DNA of 31,449 nucleotides from a virus (Duplodnaviria; Heunggongvirae; Uroviricota; Caudoviricetes): IMG/VR virus record IMGVR_UViG_2541047798_000008; one strand, 5' to 3'. Shown piece by piece: positions 24,705 to 31,449 of this stretch (position 1 is its first letter; each line of letters starts with the position of its first letter). The notes under the pieces were generated by a model. It saw only the letters and a program-made list of their open reading frames with translations, ran no database searches and was not told where the DNA came from. The position numbers and the translations under genes were made by a program.

Positions 24705-24741
24705 CAATTAAAAACTGTTGACACAAAACAGTTTTTAATTG
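24705..24741. promoter_or_regulatory. Operator O2: 14-bp inverted repeat CAATTAAAAACTGT-N9-ACAGTTTTTAATTG upstream of the dicB operon
   Basis: Arms at 24705-24718 and 24728-24741; near-identical to O1 with the same 9-bp spacer. Confidence 0.7.
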
Positions 24742-24924
24742 TAGATTATTTCCACTACCCACCCCGCCCCACAGAACGCAGGGCAATACTTCGAGTTACC
24801 CGGCAGTGGTCAGGGGTTAAGTAGCCAGCCCGAGGCGTATGAACATGACGGCGGGAACACTTTGTATAACAGCGCAGCAGGTTTTTGTTCCGCTCCCCCG
24901 GCGTTAAGGGGAAATGAGGTCAGC

Positions 24925-25077
24925 ATGGATACTATCGAGCTTGGCAACAACGAATCTCTGGTATGTGGCGTGTTCCCCAACCAGGACGGTACGTTTACCG
25001 CGATGACGTATACCAGAAGCAAAACGTTTAAAACTGAAGCTGGCGCGCGTCGCTGGTTAACCAGAAACACTGACTGA
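24925..25077 (+). CDS. ydfA: YdfA-like small protein (50 aa)
   Basis: ATG 24925 with GAGG upstream (track start is TTG). MDTIELGNNESLVCGVFPNQDGTFTAMTYTRSKTFKTEAGARRWLTRNTD; first gene of the dicB operon as in Qin. Confidence 0.55.
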   Translation: MDTIELGNNESLVCGVFPNQDGTFTAMTYTRSKTFKTEAGARRWLTRNTD

Positions 25078-25088
25078 TGAGGTTGACG

Positions 25089-25427
25089 ATGGAATTTAAA
25101 GATTTACCTCCTTCAATCCAGGAGATTGCAGCACACACACTTCGTCATCGTCTGAACGAACTTGAATTGGAATCGGTAACAAAAAAAGACACTGATAATA
25201 TGGCTCGTAATGTGCGCGATGCGTTTACTGGGCTGTTTTCAGATACAGCTTTAAATATCCATGGCACAGAGGATACAGCAAAACAATTTGCAGAAAAAGA
25301 AGTGGAAGATCCCAGTTCAAAGAGCCAGAAACAGCCAAACAACCATGAAATTAACGAACTGCTTCTGGCAACAGGCTTCATAAATATTAACGAATATGAA
25401 CGCCGTAAAAAAATGTTATCTGATTAA
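25089..25427 (+). CDS. Hypothetical protein (112 aa), ydfB/ydfC position
   Basis: ATG 25089 with GAGG 6 nt upstream. Confidence 0.45.
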   Translation: MEFKDLPPSIQEIAAHTLRHRLNELELESVTKKDTDNMARNVRDAFTGLFSDTALNIHGTEDTAKQFAEKEVEDPSSKSQKQPNNHEINELLLATGFININEYERRKKMLSD

Positions 25428-25610
25428 TCCATCAAGATATCTTTTTAGCATCAGCGTTTCTACGTTATTAAAACCATCAGATTTTAACATAGCTTCGATT
25501 CGCTGATTTAAATTGCCAACTAACTGTTGATACTGAGTAGATGGAAGCATGTGTACCAGCTCCTTGAGAACACAATAACATGCACCAAGTTTTAACTCCT
25601 GCTCTGACAT
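25416..25610 (-). CDS. Small protein (64 aa) encoded antisense to the dicB operon, convergent with the preceding gene
   Basis: ATG 25608-25610 preceded by GGAGGA (4-nt spacer). MSEQELKLGACYCVLKELVHMLPSTQYQQLVGNLNQRIEAMLKSDGFNNVETLMLKRYLDGLIR. Confidence 0.45.
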   Translation of the reverse strand: MSEQELKLGACYCVLKELVHMLPSTQYQQLVGNLNQRIEAMLKSDGFNNVETLMLKRYLDGLIR

Positions 25611-25952
25611 TTTATCCTCCATTGAGGTTACTGGTTGAGAATGGAGACCTCTCGTGACAGCGTGTGGTCGTGCGCCGGACACGGATAAGAATCCGGCACT
25701 GACAGTTTACTGAAAGGATATTTCCCTGAAAAGTCAGACCATAACGCGAAAGCGCACGGCGAGGTAGCTGGTTCATAGATAGCCTGTCGTTAAATTTTCG
25801 TCGACCGTGCGCTTCCGGTTGTGGCAATCCGCGAAATGGCGCGGCGGTAAGTATGGCTGGGGTTTCCTCCATTGCTCCAGAAAATGCACCGGGTTGTCAG
25901 GTTGACCATACGCTTAAGTGACAACCCCGCTACAACGCCCTCTGTTATCAAT

Positions 25953-26005
25953 TTTCTGGTGACATTTGGCGGTATCAGTTTTACTCCGTAACTGCTCTGC
26001 CGCCC
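25953..26005 (+). ncRNA. dicF: DicF small RNA (ftsZ-targeting), followed by a T-tract
   Basis: tttctggtgacatttggcggtatcagttttactccgtaactgctctgccgccc plus ttttt matches the 53-nt E. coli DicF as recalled, with two substitutions. Confidence 0.8.
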
Positions 26006-26185
26006 TTTTTAAAGTGAATTTTGTGATGCGGTGAATGCGGCTCAGCGCACGCGGAACAGTTAAAACAAGCGGTCTTTTACGGGCGTAACGGGAATGCTCT
26101 GTATCCGGCGTTAATTGTTAACTGGTTAACGTCACCTGGAGGCACCAGGCACCGCATCACAAAATTCATTGTTGAGGACGCGATA

Positions 26186-26374
26186 ATGGAAACGTTATTA
26201 CCAAACGTTAATACGTCTGAAGGTTGTTTTGATATTGGTGTTCTGCTCAGTAACCGGGAGTTTACGGAAGATGCCATTAAGATGAGAAAATATGAACCTT
26301 ATCTTCTCAATGATAATTCCATACTTTCCAGAATTGCCCTTCTTGAACTTGGTATTATCGGAGAACAGCAGTGA
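26186..26374 (+). CDS. dicB: Cell-division inhibitor DicB (62 aa)
   Basis: METLLPNVNTSEGCFDIGVLLSN..FTEDAI is close to the K-12 DicB N-terminus; GAGGA upstream. Confidence 0.85.
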   Translation: METLLPNVNTSEGCFDIGVLLSNREFTEDAIKMRKYEPYLLNDNSILSRIALLELGIIGEQQ

Positions 26375-26559
26375 CTTCAGCATTTGCACTGGTGATGACC
26401 GTTTTTCTTATAACGGGTGAGCCACAAAATGTGATTACCGGAATTTATGACAGTAAGTCATCCTGCATTCAGGTAAGGGACGAACAAAAAATCCCCGGTG
26501 AATGCCTCCCGTTAAAAAAAGTATCGCTGAACCTGAATAACGAAATACCGGCTGGATAA
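26371..26559 (+). CDS. ydfD: YdfD-like small membrane protein (62 aa, GTG start overlapping the dicB stop)
   Basis: Hydrophobic N-terminus (AFALVMTVFLITGEP) then EQKIPG.C.P..KV....N.EIPAG, as in Qin YdfD from memory. Confidence 0.6.
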   Translation: MTSAFALVMTVFLITGEPQNVITGIYDSKSSCIQVRDEQKIPGECLPLKKVSLNLNNEIPAG

Positions 26560-26654
26560 CCCGCCAGCCATATTAACGCCATACCAACGGATTAAAAATG
26601 CCAGCAATGGCAGGGATTCGTTCACCCTGAAATCTGTAATGAGGTTAAAACACA

Positions 26655-29129
26655 ATGAGTAAAATCTTTATTTGCGCTGCTATTCCTGACGAACAGGCCA
26701 TAAAAGAAGATAGCGCTGTTGCGGTGGCCACTGCCATTGAAGCCGGTGATGAACGTCGCGCCCGCGCAAAATTTCACTGGCAATTCCTGGAACATTATCC
26801 GGCTGCTCAGGACTGCGCTTATAAATTTCTTGTTTGCGAGGATAAACCCGGTATACCCCGCCCTGCCCTCGATTCCTGGGATGCTGAATATATGCAGGAA
26901 AACCGCTGGGATGAGGAATCCGCTTCCTTTATTCCGGTCGAACCAGAATCCGATCCGATGAACGTCAATTTTGACAAGCTGTCCCTTGAAGTACAGAACG
27001 CGGTCCTGGTTAAGTTCGGTACATGTGAAAACATCACCGTTGATATGGCGATTGACGCGCAGGAATTACTGCAGGAAGACGTTGCTACCTTTGACGGGCA
27101 TATCGTTGAAGCACTGATGAAAACGCCTGAAATTAACGCTATGTATCCGGAACGCAAACTGTTCGCTATCGGATGGGTTAAACACAAATGTAATCCGGGT
27201 GCCAAATGGCCAGAAATTCAGGCTGAATTACGTAACTGGAAAAAACGTCAGGACGCAGAGCGCAAAGAGACTGGAAAATACACGTCTGTTGTTGATCTCG
27301 CCCGCGCCAGAGTCAATCAACAGCACACTGAAAACTCAGCAGGAAAAATCAACCCAGTCACTGCCGCCATTTGTCGCGAATACAAGCAGACATGGAAAAC
27401 GCTGGATGAAGAACTGGCCTACGCTCTCTGGCCTGGCGATATTGATACCGGAAACATTGACGGCAGCATCCATCGCTGGGCAAAAAATGAAGTTATCGAC
27501 AAAGATCGCGAAGACTGGAAGCGCATTTCCGCATCAATGCGCAAACAACCCGATGCCGTTCGCTACGACCGTCAGACTATTTTTGGCCTTGTCCGTGAGC
27601 GTCCAATCGACATTCACAAAGATCCCGTAGCACTGAACAAATACATCACTGAATACCTGACTACCAAGGGCGTGTTTGAAGATGACGAAGGAACAAATCA
27701 GGGCACAGCTGGTACTCTCCCGTCACCAGTACCAGAAACTGATGCAGTGGAAACGGCAATGCCGGACAACGAAAAAACCGAATGCGAAGTGGAAGACGAA
27801 CCATCTGTAGAGCGTGAGGGACCGTTCTACTTCCTTTTCACCGATAAGGACGGCGAAAAATACGGTCGCGCAAACAAACTTTCTGGTCTGGAAAAAGCAC
27901 TGGCCCTGGGAGCTACGGAAATCACAAAAGAGGAATACTTCGCACGTAAAAACGGCACGTACTCAGGTTCACAACAAAATACTGGTGCATCTGACACGAT
28001 CGCACAACCAGAGCCGGTAAAAGTTACCGCTGACGAAGTAAACAAAATTATGCAGGCAGCCAATATCAGCCAGCCTGACGCCAATAAGTTGCTTGCTGTA
28101 TCACGTGGTGAATTTGTTGCAGGGATTAGCGACCCGAATGATCCGAAATGGGTGAAGGGGATTGAAACCCGCGATTCAGTGAATCAGAACCAGCAAGAAA
28201 CGGAACAGAACGGCCAGAAAGCGGAACAAAACAGCCCAAATGCGTTACAAAACGAGCCAGAAACGAAACATCCTGAACCAGTGGCGCAACAGGAAGTGGA
28301 AAAAGTCTGCACCGCCTGCGGTCAGACCGGCGGCGGCAACTACCCTGATTGTGGCGCGGTGATGGGCGACGCAACATACCAGGAAACATTCGATGAAGAG
28401 TATCAGGTTGAAGTTCAGGAAGATGATCCGGAGGAAATGGAAGGCGCTGAACATCCACACAAGGAGAACACTGGCGGCAATCAGCATCACGATAGCGATA
28501 ATGAAACTGGCGAGACGGCAGATCACTCAATTAAGGTGAACGGTCATCAAGAAATCACATCCACCAGCAGGACGTGTGACCATCTAATGATCGACCTTGA
28601 AACCATGGGAAAAAATCCTGATGCCCCGATCATCTCAATAGGTGCAATATTTTTCGATCCGCAAACCGGAGATATGGGACCGGAATTTAGTAAGACTATC
28701 GATCTGGAAACTGCTGGCGGGGTCATTGATCGGGACACCATTAAATGGTGGCTTAAGCAATCACGCGAAGCGCAATCTGCCATTATGACCGATGAAATCC
28801 CGTTAGATGATGCACTGTTACAATTGCGGGAATTTATCGACGAAAACTCCGGTGAATTTTTTGTTCAGGTCTGGGGAAATGGAGCCAACTTCGACAACAC
28901 GATTTTGCGCCGTTCATACGAACGGCAGGGGATCCCCTGCCCGTGGCGTTACTACAACGATCGCGATGTACGCACAATCGTTGAGCTGGGGAAGGCCATA
29001 GACTTCGATGCCAGAACGGCTATTCCATTCGAAGGTGAGCGCCATAATGCACTTGATGACGCCCGTTACCAGGCAAAATACGTTTCAGCTATCTGGCAAA
29101 AACTGATCCCGAGTCAGGCTGATTTTTAA
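26655..29129 (+). CDS. Large early-operon protein (824 aa) with a C-terminal DnaQ-like (DEDDh) 3'-5' exonuclease domain
   Basis: C-terminus MIDLETMG...WGNGANFDNTIL...HNALDDA fits Exo I/II/III motifs. Central acidic/Q-rich low-complexity region and a CTACGQ...C zinc-ribbon-like motif. In the exo/recE position of the leftward early operon. Confidence 0.6.
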   Translation: MSKIFICAAIPDEQAIKEDSAVAVATAIEAGDERRARAKFHWQFLEHYPAAQDCAYKFLVCEDKPGIPRPALDSWDAEYMQENRWDEESASFIPVEPESDPMNVNFDKLSLEVQNAVLVKFGTCENITVDMAIDAQELLQEDVATFDGHIVEALMKTPEINAMYPERKLFAIGWVKHKCNPGAKWPEIQAELRNWKKRQDAERKETGKYTSVVDLARARVNQQHTENSAGKINPVTAAICREYKQTWKTLDEELAYALWPGDIDTGNIDGSIHRWAKNEVIDKDREDWKRISASMRKQPDAVRYDRQTIFGLVRERPIDIHKDPVALNKYITEYLTTKGVFEDDEGTNQGTAGTLPSPVPETDAVETAMPDNEKTECEVEDEPSVEREGPFYFLFTDKDGEKYGRANKLSGLEKALALGATEITKEEYFARKNGTYSGSQQNTGASDTIAQPEPVKVTADEVNKIMQAANISQPDANKLLAVSRGEFVAGISDPNDPKWVKGIETRDSVNQNQQETEQNGQKAEQNSPNALQNEPETKHPEPVAQQEVEKVCTACGQTGGGNYPDCGAVMGDATYQETFDEEYQVEVQEDDPEEMEGAEHPHKENTGGNQHHDSDNETGETADHSIKVNGHQEITSTSRTCDHLMIDLETMGKNPDAPIISIGAIFFDPQTGDMGPEFSKTIDLETAGGVIDRDTIKWWLKQSREAQSAIMTDEIPLDDALLQLREFIDENSGEFFVQVWGNGANFDNTILRRSYERQGIPCPWRYYNDRDVRTIVELGKAIDFDARTAIPFEGERHNALDDARYQAKYVSAIWQKLIPSQADF

Positions 29130-29187
29130 TGTTCAACCCTAATTGCCGCTAACCGTATATAGTTAGCGGCGGTTATGAGATATAGCT

Positions 29188-29391
29188 ATGAGTAGCTTAT
29201 TTTTAACCGAAGATGAATTGCTAATATTAACGGGCTGCAAATATGCAAGTCACCAGCGAAAATGGTTAACGGAAAACGGGCTTCCGTTCTATACCAATCG
29301 TAGTGGCAAACCGATTGTCAGCCGGGATCTATTTACCTGCAATAAAACTTTACCACCACGCGAGGTAGAGCCGAATTTTGGTGCAATCTGA
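29188..29391 (+). CDS. xis: Excisionase-like protein (67 aa), DUF4224-type
   Basis: Immediately upstream of int with TGATG overlap; sequence MSSLFLTEDELLILTGCKYASHQRKWLTENGLPF. Confidence 0.5.
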   Translation: MSSLFLTEDELLILTGCKYASHQRKWLTENGLPFYTNRSGKPIVSRDLFTCNKTLPPREVEPNFGAI

Positions 29392-30416
29392 TGGGAAGAC
29401 GAAGGAAAAATCCTGAACACGAAAAACTACCTCCAAATGTATATCCAAATAAATATAGTTATGTATGGAAACCAACATCCAGAGAATCTGTCACACTAAC
29501 CGCCATCAAGGATGGTTTAGCTGCTTTATGGAAAAGGTATGAGGAAACTGTAAATAATCGCGATCGCGCAATGACATTCGGTCGCTTGTGGGAAAAATTC
29601 CTCGCCAGCGCCTATTACAGTGACCTCAGTCCAAGAACACAAAAAGATTATCTGCAACATCAAAAAAAGTTGCTTGCCGTATTCGGTAAGGTGCCGGCAG
29701 ATTCCATAAAACCAGAACACATCCGTCGATACATGGACCAGAGAGGGGGGCAGAGTAAAACGCAAGCCAACCATGAAAAAAGCAGTATGTCCCGCGTTTA
29801 CAGTTGGGGATATGAGCGAGGGTACGTGAAGGCTAACCCATGTGCAGGTGTAAGTAAATTCAAGGCCAAAAACCGCGAACGATATGTAACCGACAAAGAA
29901 TACCAGGCAGTATTAAGCGTTGCACCTCTTCCTGTTTTTATCGCAATGGAAATTGCCTATCTGTGTGCAGCGAGGGTTTCCGATGTGTTATCGCTGAAAT
30001 GGGAGCAGATTGGAAACGACGGGATCTTTATCCAGCAAGGGAAAACAGGGAAAAAACAGATAAAAGCATGGAGTCCACGATTACAGGCGGCGATCGAAAA
30101 AGCAAAACAGTTACCAACATCCGCCTATGTAATCAGCAATCAATACGGCAACCGATATATGTACAAAGGCTTTAACGAAATGTGGGTAGAAGCAAGAAAT
30201 CGCGCAGGCAAAATTTCAGGTATTTTAACCGACTTCACCTTTCATGATCTGAAGGCGAAAGGAATTTCAGACTATGAAGGAAGCAGCCGGGATAAGCAAC
30301 TTTTCTCTGGTCACAAAACCGAAGGGCAAGTGCTAATCTATGACAGGAAGGTTAAAGTTTCACCAACACTTGATGTCCCGTTACCTGAAAATATTCCAAG
30401 AAAATATTCCAAGTAA
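29391..30416 (+). CDS. int: Tyrosine recombinase / phage integrase (341 aa)
   Basis: C-terminal catalytic region (ARVSD..., HDLKAKG..., GHKTEGQVLIYDR) and position next to the tRNA attachment site. Confidence 0.9.
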   Translation: MGRRRKNPEHEKLPPNVYPNKYSYVWKPTSRESVTLTAIKDGLAALWKRYEETVNNRDRAMTFGRLWEKFLASAYYSDLSPRTQKDYLQHQKKLLAVFGKVPADSIKPEHIRRYMDQRGGQSKTQANHEKSSMSRVYSWGYERGYVKANPCAGVSKFKAKNRERYVTDKEYQAVLSVAPLPVFIAMEIAYLCAARVSDVLSLKWEQIGNDGIFIQQGKTGKKQIKAWSPRLQAAIEKAKQLPTSAYVISNQYGNRYMYKGFNEMWVEARNRAGKISGILTDFTFHDLKAKGISDYEGSSRDKQLFSGHKTEGQVLIYDRKVKVSPTLDVPLPENIPRKYSK

Positions 30417-30468
30417 TTCCAAGTGTGATTTTTGTCACTGACTTAATGATGTGTAAGTGATTGAATTT

Positions 30469-30558
30469 TGGCGGAGAGAGGGGGATTTGAACCCCCGGTG
30501 GAGTTGCCCCCACTCCGGTTTTCGAGACCGGTCCGTTCAGCCGCTCCGGCATCTCTCC
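30469..30558 (-). tRNA. serU: tRNA-Ser (anticodon CGA), serU-like; prophage attachment site
   Basis: Reverse complement GGAGAGATGCCGGAGCGGCTGAACGGACCGGTCTCGAAAACCGG...CTCTCTCCGCCA, with long variable arm. Confidence 0.85.
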
Positions 30559-30651
30559 GTTCAGATGGTTGCCATGATGCCAGGAAATTTGGCATTTTAA
30601 CAGTCCCTGTCCGTGCAATTTTGTTCAAGTGACGAGTTTGCGAGCAAAACG

Positions 30652-31449
30652 ATGATTAAGTGGCCCTGGAAAGTACAAGAATCAGCACATCAAACTGCCC
30701 TTCCCTGGCAGGAAGCACTATCGATCCCCCTTTTAACGTGTCTGACAGAACAGGAACAAAGCAAATTGGTCGCTCTTGCCGAACGTTTTTTACAGCAAAA
30801 ACGGCTTGTTCCTTTACAGGGCTTTGAGCTGAATTCATTAAGAAGCTGCCGGATAGCACTTCTATTTTGCCTGCCCGTTCTGGAGTTAGGACTGGAATGG
30901 CTGGATGGTTTTCATGAAGTCTTAATTTATCCTGCGCCATTTGTGGTCGATGATGAATGGGAAGACGATATCGGTCTGGTGCATAACCAACGTATTGTTC
31001 AGTCAGGTCAGAGCTGGCAGCAAGGGCCTATCGTTTTGAACTGGTTGGATATACAAGATTCTTTTGATGCTTCTGGTTTTAACCTGATTATTCATGAAGT
31101 CGCTCATAAGCTGGACACCCGTAACGGCGATCGCGCCAGCGGAGTTCCCTTTATTTCGTTGCGTGAGGTTGCTGGCTGGGAACACGATCTTCATGCTGCA
31201 ATGAACAACATTCAGGAAGAAATCGAATTAGTTGGTGAGAATGCGGCGAGCATTGATGCTTATGCTGCCAGTGATCCTGCTGAATGTTTTGCCGTACTTT
31301 CTGAATATTTCTTTAGCGCCCCAGAACTTTTTGCTCCTCGTTTCCCTTCATTGTGGCAACGTTTCTGTCAATTTTATCAACAAGATCCTTTGCAGAGACT
31401 GCATCACGCTAATGATACAAACTCGTTTTCGGCGACGAATGTTCATTAA
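30652..31449 (+). CDS. mtfA: Host protein MtfA (Mlc titration factor A, zinc peptidase), 265 aa
   Basis: [23 protein letters not shown]... with HEVAHKLD zinc-binding motif; stop TAA at 31447-31449. Confidence 0.9.
   Translation: MIKWPWKVQESAHQTALPWQEALSIPLLTCLTEQEQSKLVALAERFLQQKRLVPLQGFELNSLRSCRIALLFCLPVLELGLEWLDGFHEVLIYPAPFVVDDEWEDDIGLVHNQRIVQSGQSWQQGPIVLNWLDIQDSFDASGFNLIIHEVAHKLDTRNGDRASGVPFISLREVAGWEHDLHAAMNNIQEEIELVGENAASIDAYAASDPAECFAVLSEYFFSAPELFAPRFPSLWQRFCQFYQQDPLQRLHHANDTNSFSATNVH

Larger units (their letters stand above)
1..30468. mobile_element. Lambdoid prophage (remnant / tandem composite) integrated at tRNA-Ser; extends beyond the left edge of the window
   Basis: Contiguous phage modules (int, xis, early operon, immunity, O/P, nin-like genes, Q, lysis, cos, terminase) ending at the 3' end of tRNA-Ser at 30469; host mtfA follows. 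Confidence 0.9.

Noticed and set aside
25612-25872. 86-aa minus-strand ORF upstream of the antisense small gene
   Set aside because: No recognisable RBS and an Arg/Pro-rich low-complexity translation; most likely non-coding leader or promoter region.
30352-30628. Minus-strand ORFs 30352..30618 and 30443..30628
   Set aside because: They overlap the tRNA-Ser gene and the 3' end of int; they are artefacts of translating across a structural RNA.

Overview
The window is about 30.5 kb of a lambdoid prophage (Qin / Stx-phage-like backbone, but with no stx genes) integrated at a tRNA-Ser gene next to host mtfA (30652..31449). The phage late/rightward operon runs on the minus strand. From right to left: tRNA-Ser, integrase and Xis-like gene, a large early-operon protein with a C-terminal exonuclease domain, the dicB/dicF division-inhibition module, an HTH repressor co-oriented with a ParE-type toxin-antitoxin pair, a divergent YdaS/YdaT-like pair, O-like and P-like replication genes with iterons inside O, a nin-like block of small genes including RusA and a Hok toxin, antiterminator Q, a regulatory moron (PapI-like plus AraC-family), three tRNAs (ileZ-argN-argO pattern), a NanS-p-type sialate O-acetylesterase, a pinholin / endolysin / Rz-Rz1 lysis cassette with two extra small membrane-protein genes, a TonB-C-domain lipoprotein, and two tandem cos-Nu1-terminase modules. 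The terminase copy nearer the lysis genes is truncated and fused at 3693/3694 to a duplicated Rz 3' fragment, so the prophage is a remnant joined to a second lambdoid terminase region by a deletion. The items most worth follow-up are the TonB-C lipoprotein, the two membrane-protein genes between endolysin and Rz, the repressor-antitoxin-ParE operon with twin palindromic operators, a convergent small gene inside the dicBF operon, and the PapI/AraC regulatory moron. All identifications rest on reading the sequence and recalled family knowledge; no database search was run, and proposed CDS starts were checked against the sequence where stated.
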